Source of the DNA: an uncultured Muribaculaceae bacterium
GTDB taxonomy: Bacteria; Bacteroidota; Bacteroidia; Bacteroidales; UBA932
NCBI GenBank assembly: GCA_964567765.1
Contig: CAZMNZ010000001.1
Span: 60,573 to 124,572, forward strand
Length of the DNA: 64,000 nt
Direction: 5' to 3'
This document shows, piece after piece, positions 49,837 to 59,101 of the stretch. Both the position numbers and the translations under genes were made by a program. The notes beneath the pieces were generated by a model. That model was not told the origin of the DNA. It did no database searches and worked only from the letters and a program-made list of their open reading frames with translations. Within the stretch, counting starts at the first letter, position 1, and each line of letters starts with the position of its first letter.

Positions 49837-50787
49837 ATGGCATACCGAGTAATACGACCGGCCACGCATCAGGAGTGGCTGGATGAACGCAAGAAGGGTA
49901 TAGGCTCTTCCGAGGCAGGAACGATAATGGGTGTGAACCACTTCGATACCCCATACAGACTATGGAGAAGGAAGACCGGAGTGGACCAGCCGATAGAACA
50001 GAACGAGGCCATGGAACTGGGACATCATATGGAGCCCGCTGTGGTGACTATGTTCGCCGCGAGGACTGGTGCGGAGGTAAGAAAGGACTCCGAAGGCGAC
50101 TGGATTGCCGTGGATACCGTGAAGGATTACCTCAGGGTCTCTCCGGACAGACTCTTCTATGAGGCCGGAGCGAAGCACACAAAGAGGAATCTCAGAATTC
50201 TGGAATGCAAGACTACATCCGTGGCGGTGGACCCTGAGGATTTCCCTGTCTATTGGTACTGTCAGCTTCAGTATCAGATGGGTGTGATGGGAGTGAAGAA
50301 GGGTGCGGTGGCGTGGATATCGTCATACCCGAGACTGAACTTCGGATACAAGGAGTTTGACTTCAATCCTGAATTCTTCAAGGCTCTTGTGGAGCAGTTG
50401 GAGATATTCTGGCTGATAAATATCCATGGTGGAATAGCTCCGGATGACATCAATTCGGAGGATGCCCTGGTGAGGAACCCTACGGCGAAGGACGGGGTGA
50501 GCATTCAGGCAGATGCGGAGATCATCTCCACCTACAATGCCCTCAAGCAGATAAATAACGAGATCAAGGCTCTTGAGAAGACACAGGCTTCGCTCGAAGA
50601 TGACATCAAGATTGCCATGGGAGAAGCGGATACGCTGGTCAGCCCGACGGGCGAGGTGATGGCCCTGTGGAAGAACACCAAGCCTACGATGAAGTTCAAC
50701 GCGAAGGCCTTCCAGCAGGCGGATCCCGCAGGATATGCGAAGTATATGGAACCGACTGCGAGTACAAGAAGATTCACAGTTAAGTAA
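49837..50787 (+). CDS. YqaJ/lambda-exonuclease family protein
   Basis: WLDERKKGIGSSE, SPDR, LECKT, QLQYQM. Confidence 0.9.
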   Translation: MAYRVIRPATHQEWLDERKKGIGSSEAGTIMGVNHFDTPYRLWRRKTGVDQPIEQNEAMELGHHMEPAVVTMFAARTGAEVRKDSEGDWIAVDTVKDYLRVSPDRLFYEAGAKHTKRNLRILECKTTSVAVDPEDFPVYWYCQLQYQMGVMGVKKGAVAWISSYPRLNFGYKEFDFNPEFFKALVEQLEIFWLINIHGGIAPDDINSEDALVRNPTAKDGVSIQADAEIISTYNALKQINNEIKALEKTQASLEDDIKIAMGEADTLVSPTGEVMALWKNTKPTMKFNAKAFQQADPAGYAKYMEPTASTRRFTVK

Positions 50788-50809
50788 TAACCATTAAACA
50801 AATAAAGAT

Positions 50810-51205
50810 ATGAGTGCAAATGATTCATTCATCGGTCAACTTGACCTTCTGATGCTTCCTAAGTCAAGGATGCAGGTAATCGATAACGAGGAGTGCATAG
50901 TTATTCCAAAGGATGCCAATCCGGCAATCTACATGACGCAGACACAGGCTGGTCAGCGGAAGGCTCTGCTTGACGTCTTTGTGAGAGCCACCCAGAACAA
51001 CCAGTATGGAAACTCTCACTTCGTGAAGGCCAATGTCGGAAAGACCAACCGTGAGAGATACGGCATATCCAAGGATGAACTTCCTCAGTATTCTCCTATC
51101 CTCGGAAATCTAAAGCCATATTCCGGCGGACAGGCATCTCAGGAATCACGTACTCTTGTTGCGGACGATGACGATCTTCCGGAGGGAGAGTTCAAGGGAT
51201 TCTAG
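50810..51205 (+). CDS. Hypothetical protein with acidic tail (possible SSB-like)
   Basis: Follows the annealase/exonuclease pair; ends DDDDLPEGEFKGF. Confidence 0.6.
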   Translation: MSANDSFIGQLDLLMLPKSRMQVIDNEECIVIPKDANPAIYMTQTQAGQRKALLDVFVRATQNNQYGNSHFVKANVGKTNRERYGISKDELPQYSPILGNLKPYSGGQASQESRTLVADDDDLPEGEFKGF

Positions 51206-51230
51206 GGAAGGGGGCGAAAGCCCCTTCCTT
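51206..51230 (+). terminator. GC-rich hairpin with GAAA tetraloop
   Basis: GGAAGGGGGC-GAAA-GCCCCTTCC; weak U tract. Confidence 0.6.
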
Positions 51231-51262
51231 AAACAGAACTCAAATTGTTAGCCCTGATAAGT

Positions 51263-52072
51263 ATGATGACTACAGATATAACCCAGACTCCTGAATACCG
51301 GGAGGTATTCGCATGGCTCAGAGGGGGAGATGACACTCCCGACCCTCGTATGGAGAAAAACTTTTTTGATCTGATAACTGAAGCGGTTGCCAGTAGGTTA
51401 ATTGCTAACAGGAAGGAGTATGAACGCAGATTGAGGGCTGCAGAGAGAGCTGAGAGACGCACGCGTGTCGCTCCGGCATGTCTCAGTATCCGGGCTATGA
51501 TGGAAGAAATCGGTACGTCTGCCACGGTCGCGGAAGCGGTAAACGAAGAAGTGGATGAGCAGGAGTTGACTTCTGCGAAGTCTGCATCCACCCCTTCAGC
51601 GGAATCTTCCGGTGAGGTCAGCCCGTCTAGTGAACTGGATAGCGTCATACTGGCGAAGGCACTCAGGCATATGGCGGTTGTGGAGGAGAAAGAACTGACA
51701 CAGTCTCAGATACAGTGTATCCTGTATATCGCCTACGGCGTGCGGCTTGCACAGAAAGGAGAGAGACTGATTGCAGAGCATCCCCAGATGTGGCAGTACG
51801 GACCTGTCTTCCCAAGAGCATACAACCGGCTTCGCAAGGATGCCGATGATGGCTTCGAAGAGTACGACACTCTCAGGAATGAGCATCCTGATATCTTCAG
51901 ATACCTGACAAACTGCTTCAGACGCTATGCCTGGACCAAGGCCTGCATTCTGGTTGCACCTCATGTCGCTGACGGCTCACCTTGGGCCGATACCCGCAAG
52001 TCTAGTCCGGACAGATGGGGAGCCCGCATCGAGGACGACCTTATCCGTGAGTGGTTCCTGCCGAGAGTCTGA
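51263..52072 (+). CDS. Panacea/SocA (DUF4065) domain protein with N-terminal extension
   Basis: IQCILYIAYG, PQMWQYGPVFP, H...SPW. Confidence 0.8.
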   Translation: MMTTDITQTPEYREVFAWLRGGDDTPDPRMEKNFFDLITEAVASRLIANRKEYERRLRAAERAERRTRVAPACLSIRAMMEEIGTSATVAEAVNEEVDEQELTSAKSASTPSAESSGEVSPSSELDSVILAKALRHMAVVEEKELTQSQIQCILYIAYGVRLAQKGERLIAEHPQMWQYGPVFPRAYNRLRKDADDGFEEYDTLRNEHPDIFRYLTNCFRRYAWTKACILVAPHVADGSPWADTRKSSPDRWGARIEDDLIREWFLPRV

Positions 52073-52228
52073 ACTTCCGGCAGATGACTAATCAGCCATG
52101 AAAGTGACAAATGATGTCTTGTGGCTGATTTATCTTTCGGGAAGTCATGCTTGATTAACCTTCTGGAGTCGTCGCCGTTGTCAGCCTGAGCTGAGTGACC
52201 TTACTTCAGTCTTGAAAAGGGTGGCCGC

Positions 52229-52411
52229 CTTGTTTTTCGGACGCGAATGTACTATCCTCCGGCTGCGGCTTGTAAAGGACTTCGCTGTGCTGGCAGCACG
52301 CTTGCCGTATCCGGATGCTCGGAAAATCTCCACTCCCTGCGGGGTAGTATTTCCCTGTGCGTTCCTTGACTTCGCCTGCCGGACGTACTGTCCTGCATCC
52401 GTAAAATCAAG
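52229..52411. promoter_or_regulatory. Long-hairpin element D (candidate ssDNA promoter)
   Basis: Core AAATCTCCAC..GGTAGTATTT shared with A-C; outer arms CTTGTTTTTCGGACGC / GCATCCGTAAAATCAAG. Confidence 0.72.
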
Positions 52412-52437
52412 TTTAACCAACCTTAAATCAAGCTATC

Positions 52438-52758
52438 ATGAATACAGGTAACTACATCCAGCTTTCAGGCAGACTTACAGCCGACGTGACACCTAACGAA
52501 GGAAAGACCTTCGCACGATTCACCCTCGCGAAGAATTTCTCCAAGGACAGCAAAGACTCACGCTTCTTCCGCTGTGTCATCTTCAAGAAGGAGTTCGACG
52601 ACAACCAGCAGACCGTCCCTTGGGACCTTCTCAAAAAAGGTCAGGAAGTCCTCCTTACAGGAAAGCTTCATCCTAACACATGGACCGACAAGGACGGTGT
52701 CGAGCATAAGGACCTAGAAATCGTCGTCAACAAGATACGCGACCTGGCTGACGAGTAG
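52438..52758 (+). CDS. ssb: Single-stranded DNA-binding protein (short)
   Basis: LSGRLTAD, ARFTLA, LKKGQEVLLTGKL...WTDKDG. Confidence 0.88.
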   Translation: MNTGNYIQLSGRLTADVTPNEGKTFARFTLAKNFSKDSKDSRFFRCVIFKKEFDDNQQTVPWDLLKKGQEVLLTGKLHPNTWTDKDGVEHKDLEIVVNKIRDLADE

Positions 52759-52848
52759 CCGGGTCGCAAGACCTCTCCGGCGGTTCTGCCGGACCTTGCT
52801 AGCCAATCGGCACGGAGGAGCGTCGTGATGACGTGAACCTCTATCCCC

Positions 52849-52880
52849 AAGAAGGTGACCTTTAGGTTGCCTTCTTTCTT
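52849..52880 (+). terminator. Intrinsic terminator
   Basis: AAGAAGGTGACC-TTTA-GGTTGCCTTCTT followed by T-rich tract. Confidence 0.7.
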
Positions 52881-53030
52881 TGCTCTCTTGAGTGACCAGC
52901 CCACGCACTCTGCTTTGACTTGAGCCGCTACGCTTCGGAACGCACTTTCTGTTTCCTCTCGTTCCGCTCGGTTCGGCTGAGCCTCTCACAAAGTGTTTCC
53001 GTCTCTTGCGTGTCAGCATGTCTGCCAATG

Positions 53031-53273
53031 TCATATACGGTGTCTCGATACTCTTCTATACCATTGCCTGTCAATCTCTTCCCAGAAGGCACGGCCTTCT
53101 TTGGTGTGGGACCAGTCGAAGGCACGGCCTAGAAAGAACTCATCGCCGCCAAGGATTGTCCAAAGAGCAACATCAAACTGATATCCTGGATACTGGCTCT
53201 CGAATGCTTCCTCAAATTCCCTTTCACAGTCAGTGTCCTTGAGGAATCTTCGGAATTGAGTGTAGCCGCACAT
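53031..53273 (-). CDS. Small hypothetical protein
   Basis: 80 aa; AFDWSHTKEGRAFW. Confidence 0.6.
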   Translation of the reverse strand: MCGYTQFRRFLKDTDCEREFEEAFESQYPGYQFDVALWTILGGDEFFLGRAFDWSHTKEGRAFWEEIDRQWYRRVSRHRI

Positions 53274-53644
53274 AGTCAGACCTCCCTGCGTTTGAGGTAG
53301 ATACAGCCGTCCCAGTACGTAAACCCGGCGATGTCACATATAATGAAGTGCCTTCTCTTGTCTTGTCTCTTTATCATAATTCCTATATTTAATTTCGGCA
53401 AAAATAAGGTTGCGATTTGACAACTTCTGTCAATTAGAAAGCATTGATAAGTTATTTCTTCAGGGAGGCATGATTTTCTATAACTTGTCCTGGATGAAGG
53501 GGATGTCATTATTGTGGATAGGGCACTACAGCCATACGACGGCAGAGAATCGTCAAATAACGACAGTAATTTTTTCTCCAATATATCATATAATTAAGAA
53601 AATGTTTTATATTTGCATATTATATGATATGTTGACATAAGAGT

Positions 53645-53965
53645 ATGGGCAAGAGTACAATGGCGACACGCCTTCCGAGAAGGCTGGAGGAAAATATGAA
53701 GATAGTAGGTGAGCAGATTAGGCTTGCCAGATTGAGGCGCAATCTGAGCCGTGCACAGGTGGCGGAACGTGCCATGTGTTCAGAACTCACGGAGGCACGA
53801 GTTGAGAAAGGTAGTCCTACAGTGGCTATAGGGATATACCTTCGTGTCCTGTATGCGTTGCAACTGGAGGATGATATCCTCGTCATCGCCAAGGAAGACA
53901 AGCTTGGCAAGGAGCTTCAGGATATAGCCTTGGTAAGTCGTGAGCGTGCATCCAAAAAGCAGTGA
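53645..53965 (+). CDS. HipB-like XRE HTH antitoxin
   Basis: IRLARLRRNLSRAQVAERA; TATATTTG box upstream; overlaps the hipA-like gene. Confidence 0.85.
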   Translation: MGKSTMATRLPRRLEENMKIVGEQIRLARLRRNLSRAQVAERAMCSELTEARVEKGSPTVAIGIYLRVLYALQLEDDILVIAKEDKLGKELQDIALVSRERASKKQ

Positions 53966-55221
53966 GAGTCATGGACAGATTGTATGTATATGCAGATTTC
54001 GACTATCTGGAGAAACCAATGCTGGTCGGTGAACTCGGATGTGAAAGCATCAAGGGGTCTCAGAGTTATTCGTTCAGGTATTCTCCCGAGTGGCTGAAGC
54101 AGAACGCAGGTATCATCCTGAGTGAGGATATACGTAACTATCCGGGTATGCAATATACTCAGCCTGGCAAGGAAATTTTCGGATGTTTCTCCGATTCTCT
54201 TCCTGACAGATGGGGTCGGACTCTGATGATAAGACGGGAGCAGACATTGGCTAAAGAAGAAGGGCGACCTGTCAGAAACCTCTCCTCGTTTGACATGATA
54301 ATGGGGATCGAGGATGAGTCCCGCATGGGAGGATTCAGATACTCAAAGACGCCGGACGGGGACTTTATCAATGTAACTGATAGACTGAGCGTACCGCCAA
54401 TAGTCAATCTTAGGGAGCTTATCGCTGCAAGCCAGGCTCTTGAAGAAGCAGAAGAGAAGGGTGAGCTGCCTGACCAGAAGTGGATCCGTCAGCTTCACAG
54501 CCCGGGCACATCTCTCGGTGGAGCCAGACCTAAGGCTAATGTCATCGATGAGGACGGGCTCATGAAGGTAGCAAAATTCCCGTCCAGAAATGATTCGGGT
54601 GATGTGGAACTTTGGGAGCATATTGCTTATGTTCTGGCTCGGAAGGCTGGCATCAGTGTCCCTGACACAAGAGTAGTCAAGATGGGGTCACAGTATCATA
54701 CCCTGCTGTCAAAGAGATACGATAGGACAGAGGAGGGCAGACGTATTCATTATGCCTCCGCTCTGACCATGCTCGGACTTCAGGATGGAGCAGGTGCAGA
54801 TGAAGGATATGGATACCTTGATATAGTTGACTTCATCATCCGAGGATGTACAGATGTGGAAAAGAACCTTCGTGAACTGTATCGTCGTGTTGCATTCAAT
54901 ATCTGCATCGGAAACTCCGATGACCATTTTCGCAACCATGGATTCCTGCTCACTGCAAAGGGATGGACTCTCTCTCCGGCTTTTGACCTGAATCCGACTC
55001 TCAATACACATCAGGGCATCATGATTTCCAGATACACGAATGAATCAGACCTGGATGCCCTGCTGAATGCTTCAGAGGATTACTTCATTCCAAGAGACGA
55101 GGCTTCGGTAATAATCAGCAGTGTCAGGGGCGCTCTGAAAGATTGGCAGAAGGTGGCAAAGAGACTTGGTGCGTCGGAAAGAGATATAAGCCTCTTCAGT
55201 CAGAGGTTCATTACTGATTAA
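53962..55221 (+). CDS. hipA: HipA-family kinase toxin
   Basis: PDRWGR, SLGGARPKA, GNSDDHFRNH, LSPAFD. Confidence 0.9.
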   Translation: MRVMDRLYVYADFDYLEKPMLVGELGCESIKGSQSYSFRYSPEWLKQNAGIILSEDIRNYPGMQYTQPGKEIFGCFSDSLPDRWGRTLMIRREQTLAKEEGRPVRNLSSFDMIMGIEDESRMGGFRYSKTPDGDFINVTDRLSVPPIVNLRELIAASQALEEAEEKGELPDQKWIRQLHSPGTSLGGARPKANVIDEDGLMKVAKFPSRNDSGDVELWEHIAYVLARKAGISVPDTRVVKMGSQYHTLLSKRYDRTEEGRRIHYASALTMLGLQDGAGADEGYGYLDIVDFIIRGCTDVEKNLRELYRRVAFNICIGNSDDHFRNHGFLLTAKGWTLSPAFDLNPTLNTHQGIMISRYTNESDLDALLNASEDYFIPRDEASVIISSVRGALKDWQKVAKRLGASERDISLFSQRFITD

Positions 55222-55229
55222 GGTGATGT

Positions 55230-55436
55230 ATGAAGATCGAGGAAGCTATAGTGTATTGCCTTGCAACATCCAATCGAGGGATGCGGACGGAGCAGATCGC
55301 TGACATAATAAACCGTCAGCGGCTTCACATTCGTAAAGATGGGCAACCTGTGACCTCCAAACAGATATATGCTGTCATCTGCCGGTACCCTGATATGTTC
55401 GTGAAGGCAGAGGGACGTATAATGTTAATGATATGA
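55230..55436 (+). CDS. Small winged-helix protein
   Basis: 68 aa, GMRTEQIADIIN. Confidence 0.65.
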   Translation: MKIEEAIVYCLATSNRGMRTEQIADIINRQRLHIRKDGQPVTSKQIYAVICRYPDMFVKAEGRIMLMI

Positions 55437-56326
55437 GAACTGCTATTGAAAAACTTAAGTCATCACGATCCTGGAGTTTTGTGGTGATTACTCTGATTTA
55501 TCTTATCGCCACTGCCATCGGGGTATGGGTATTTGCTTTTTTGAGCGGAAGCCACTTTCTTGTGAGGCTGTTTGCCGCAGATTTCGCGGCTACCGTCTTC
55601 GTATGGTTATGGGGAGTGGTATTCAGCAACTCTTCGGTATATGATCCGTACTGGAGCGTGGCTCCGCCTCTTATGTTGACCGGATATGCCCTGTATGTCG
55701 GTGCCGGCTCGCTTCCTGTCGTGCTGCTGCAGATTGCAGTATGGTACTGGGCGATACGACTCACTGGAAACTGGGCTTATACATTCCCGAACTTGAACAA
55801 GCAGGACTGGCGGTATGATATGTATAAGGAACGTTTCCCTCGTCTGTGGCACATCGTCAACTTCACCGGCATCAACTTGATGCCTACCATCGTGGTCTTC
55901 CTTGCTATGATACCGGGATTCCTTCTGATTGATCTGTCAGCGGGCAATCAATTAAATGCCGATATCTTTACTTGGGCAGGATTTATAGTCTGTGTTTCAG
56001 CTGCAACTCTTCAACTCGTGTCTGATACCCAGGCCCATCGTTTCCGTAAGACACATAGGGGAGAGGTCTGCACCGTCGGCTTGTGGAGCCGCTCACGTCA
56101 CCCGAACTATCTCGGAGAGATACTGATGTGGTGGGGTGTATATCTGATGTCCCTGACAGCTGCTGGCGAGATTCATTCATGGAGAGATATCCTTCTCCCT
56201 GCAGCAGGCGCTCTGGCCAACACTTGCCTGTTTCTTTTCATAAGTATCCCTATGATGGAGAAACGACAGATGGCAAACAAACCTGCATACGCCGAATATA
56301 GAAAGACGGTAAGGATGTTGCTATGA
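55433..56326 (+). CDS. DUF1295 / steroid 5-alpha-reductase-like membrane protein
   Basis: YDPYWS, QDWRY, GLWSRSRHPNYLGE. Confidence 0.88.
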   Translation: MRTAIEKLKSSRSWSFVVITLIYLIATAIGVWVFAFLSGSHFLVRLFAADFAATVFVWLWGVVFSNSSVYDPYWSVAPPLMLTGYALYVGAGSLPVVLLQIAVWYWAIRLTGNWAYTFPNLNKQDWRYDMYKERFPRLWHIVNFTGINLMPTIVVFLAMIPGFLLIDLSAGNQLNADIFTWAGFIVCVSAATLQLVSDTQAHRFRKTHRGEVCTVGLWSRSRHPNYLGEILMWWGVYLMSLTAAGEIHSWRDILLPAAGALANTCLFLFISIPMMEKRQMANKPAYAEYRKTVRMLL

Positions 56327-56354
56327 TAAGTATTAACTTTCTAAATATGAGTAT

Positions 56355-56918
56355 ATGAAAAGCTTTGGACCAAAACCGTGGGTGCTCCCACAGCCGGTAC
56401 TCATCATCGGCACATATAATGAAGATGGAACTCCTAATGCCATGAATGCCGCATGGGGCGGACAGTGGGATGCGAAGGAGATAATGATCTGCATGGGTTC
56501 TCATGCTACGACAGAGAATCTTGCCAGATGTGCAGACTTCACTGTGGCGTTTGCTACGAAGGAAACCCTTGTGGCTTCCGACTTTGTCGGTATCGTCAGT
56601 GCCAAGAATGACCCTCGGAAGATGCAGAAAGCAGGGTGGACTTCCGTCAAGGCAGAGAATGTCAATGCTCCGGTATTCACCGATTTCCCGATGACATTGG
56701 AGTGTCGCATCTTGAGAAAGATAGATGAGACTGCAGAGGGTTATAACATTGTCGCTGAGATTGTAAATATCCTAGTCGATGAAAATTATCTTGGAGAAGA
56801 CGGCAAGCCTCAGGTTGAGAAGATGAATTTGATTACCTATGAACCGGTACATCATGGATATGTTGTACTAGGGGAGAGAATCGGCAATGCCTTCTCTGAC
56901 GGAAAGAAACTGAAATAA
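56355..56918 (+). CDS. Flavin reductase family (flavoredoxin-like)
   Basis: PQPVLIIGTY, PNAMNAAWGG, LECR. Confidence 0.88.
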   Translation: MKSFGPKPWVLPQPVLIIGTYNEDGTPNAMNAAWGGQWDAKEIMICMGSHATTENLARCADFTVAFATKETLVASDFVGIVSAKNDPRKMQKAGWTSVKAENVNAPVFTDFPMTLECRILRKIDETAEGYNIVAEIVNILVDENYLGEDGKPQVEKMNLITYEPVHHGYVVLGERIGNAFSDGKKLK

Positions 56919-56984
56919 CAGACAAATAATAAAAATGGCCGCAGCCTCAGATGAAGTTGCGGTCGTTTGTTTCTATAGGGAATC

Positions 56985-57296
56985 CTATCTCTTATCCATG
57001 ATGCCGAAGTGCTCCCATTTCTCCATAGGGAAGTTGTTCTTGATGGTCTGGCGGTATCCGTTGGCCAGTTCCTTTACATCGGCAAGTTTCTCGTTTGCTG
57101 CCTGAAGTTTTTCAGATACGGTCTGCCTTAATGCGTCCACTTCCTGGATCATTTCGATTGCCTTCCTTGCCTCGGCTTCCAGAGTGTCAAGGCCTTCTGC
57201 CTTGATGCCGAGATGCGCAACCTCATTAAGGTGCGACTTGATGCCAGATGCCATCGTCAGGGCCTTCTGAGCATTGGTTTCAAATGTTTTTGACAT
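56985..57296 (-). CDS. Helical hypothetical protein
   Basis: 103 aa; TAGTTTTG -7 box upstream; shared terminator near 56935-56966. Confidence 0.75.
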   Translation of the reverse strand: MSKTFETNAQKALTMASGIKSHLNEVAHLGIKAEGLDTLEAEARKAIEMIQEVDALRQTVSEKLQAANEKLADVKELANGYRQTIKNNFPMEKWEHFGIMDKR

Positions 57297-57485
57297 GTCA
57301 TTGAACTTAAAGTTGAACGGGAACCTTCATATGCCTCAGGCATAGTGGGTTCATAGCAAAACTACAAAATTTTTGCTCGAGTTGTGACTTTTTTCTGACT
57401 GGTATTTGCATATAAAAAATATATCCCTATATTTGCAATAAATTAGAATAATTCAAAATAAGAAAACAAATAAAAGGATACGGAT

Positions 57486-57860
57486 ATGGCAACGAAATTT
57501 TATAAATGCCCTCATTGCGGCAACGTTATACAGAAGGTTGTAGACAGAAAAGTACCAGTGGTTTGCTGTGGTCAGAAAATGGAGGAACTTGTTCCTGGAA
57601 CAATCGAGGCAAGTGTGGAGAAACATCTTCCGGTAGTGACTTGGATTGACGAGAAGACAATCAAGGTGGAAGTGGGAAGCGTGGCTCATCCGATGCTTGA
57701 AGAGCATCACATCTCATTTATCTACGTCGAGACGGAGAACGGAGGAATCCGCGTGGATCTCAAGGAAAAGCCTGAAGCAGTGATTTCTCTTGGAGATGAG
57801 AAGGCTGTAGCAGTCTATGAGTACTGCAACCTTCATGGACTTTGGAAGACTGAACTTTAG
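57486..57860 (+). CDS. Desulfoferrodoxin / superoxide reductase
   Basis: CPHCGN, CCG, EKHLP, HPM..EHHI, YCNLHGLW. Confidence 0.93.
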   Translation: MATKFYKCPHCGNVIQKVVDRKVPVVCCGQKMEELVPGTIEASVEKHLPVVTWIDEKTIKVEVGSVAHPMLEEHHISFIYVETENGGIRVDLKEKPEAVISLGDEKAVAVYEYCNLHGLWKTEL

Positions 57861-57888
57861 TAATAACAGAATTAAACTGATACAGAAT

Positions 57889-58065
57889 ATGGAAAAGGAA
57901 CTTGTATTGAAGACAATGAGAGAGGCAGGAAAGCCAATCGCAGCAGGTGAGGTGGCAACACTTTCAGGACTTGACAGAAAGGTGGTTGATAAGGTATTTG
58001 CAGAACTTAAGAAGACCGGTGAGATCGTTTCACCTGTTCGTTGCAAGTGGACTCCTGCAGAGTAA
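57889..58065 (+). CDS. Small HTH protein
   Basis: AGEVATLSGLDRKVVDK, SPVRCKW. Confidence 0.7.
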   Translation: MEKELVLKTMREAGKPIAAGEVATLSGLDRKVVDKVFAELKKTGEIVSPVRCKWTPAE

Positions 58066-58090
58066 AAGAAAAGGTCATTTTATAGTAACT

Positions 58091-58171
58091 ATGGTGACCG
58101 CTGGGTCACCTACTGAATAGCTGCATCTGAGGGCAAGGACTTCGTCCAGTTCCTTTCGGATTGCAGTTATT
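58091..58171. repeat. REP-like double-hairpin repeat, copy 1
   Basis: GGTGACC-GCTG-GGTCACC then GCTGCATCTGA..GGACTTCGTCC..TCGGATTGCAGT. Confidence 0.88.
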
Positions 58172-58290
58172 ATTTATTAAGAACCAGATGAAGTTGTTCG
58201 CCTTAAATACATACGATTGATATAAATGGCCAATCTTTTGCAAAAGTCGATAAGTTGGTTTATATTTGTACATTATAATGTACTTGAATT

Positions 58291-58527
58291 ATGGTGATAA
58301 TAAGTTCAGCAGAATTACGCAGCAATATGAAAAAGTATCTGGATATTGCAAAGACAGAGCAGGTGCTTATCCAGAGGGGAAAGAATGAGACATTTGTTCT
58401 TTCAGCACAACAGGATCCTATAGAATATGATCTTTCTCGTGCAATTACAGTAGATGATGTGATCGCAAAAGTCCGTGAGGGTCTGACAGAGATGTTTGAA
58501 AGGAAAGAAGCGGAAAAGAGGAAATAG
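58291..58527 (+). CDS. Phd/YefM-like antitoxin
   Basis: ISSAELRSNMKKYLDIA..EQVLIQRG; own TTTG-N20-TATATTTG promoter. Confidence 0.8.
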   Translation: MVIISSAELRSNMKKYLDIAKTEQVLIQRGKNETFVLSAQQDPIEYDLSRAITVDDVIAKVREGLTEMFERKEAEKRK

Positions 58528-58529
58528 TA

Positions 58530-58871
58530 ATGAAGGTCCTTTTTCTGCCTGAAGTGAGCCAACAATTTGTCGAGTTGGCTGAGGTGCTATATGATAAAGG
58601 CTATATGAGATTTTTGGATACGGCTATAGAATACTCTGAAAGCCTATTCCGAGAGATACAGGTAACCCTTGGTACAAAAGCATATCGAAGGGCTCCGAAA
58701 TGGTTCGACCAGTTTGGGAAAGGAATGTTGTATGCTCAATATCCTAAGAATAACCACACAACTTGGTATGTCTTCTTTAATATCTATGAGATTGAAGGGG
58801 ATTTTGTATATCTAGTTAGATATATGAGTAATAACCATGTAATCGGTCATCATTTGGACCTAGGTAACTGA
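58530..58871 (+). CDS. RelE/ParE-like toxin candidate
   Basis: 113 aa directly after the antitoxin; MKVLFLPEV, WYVFF, LVRYMSNNH. Confidence 0.6.
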   Translation: MKVLFLPEVSQQFVELAEVLYDKGYMRFLDTAIEYSESLFREIQVTLGTKAYRRAPKWFDQFGKGMLYAQYPKNNHTTWYVFFNIYEIEGDFVYLVRYMSNNHVIGHHLDLGN

Positions 58872-58887
58872 TTATTTGATTGAAACG

Positions 58888-58968
58888 ATGGTGACCGCTG
58901 GGTCGCCGACTGAATAGCTGCATCTGAGAGCAAGGACTTCGTCCAATTCCTTTCGGATTGCAGTTTTT
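58888..58968. repeat. REP-like double-hairpin repeat, copy 2
   Basis: Near-identical to 58091-58171. Confidence 0.88.
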
Positions 58969-59101
58969 AGTATGCCGTCACCTATGCCTTAAGTGAAAGA
59001 AGTATATGAATTGTTCCCGAGAATTAAGTTAAAGACTATTAACTTAATTGCTTTTAAGTTAAAAATGTTTTACTTTTGCATGTGGGTAATACTGAGACAT
59101 T

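Noticed and set aside
49133..52758. Prophage call from annealase, YqaJ and SSB
   Set aside because: No structural, terminase or lysis genes in the window
53276..53377. 33-codon ORF resembling a HIRAN N-terminus (IAGFTYWDG)
   Set aside because: Too short to support; at most a fragment
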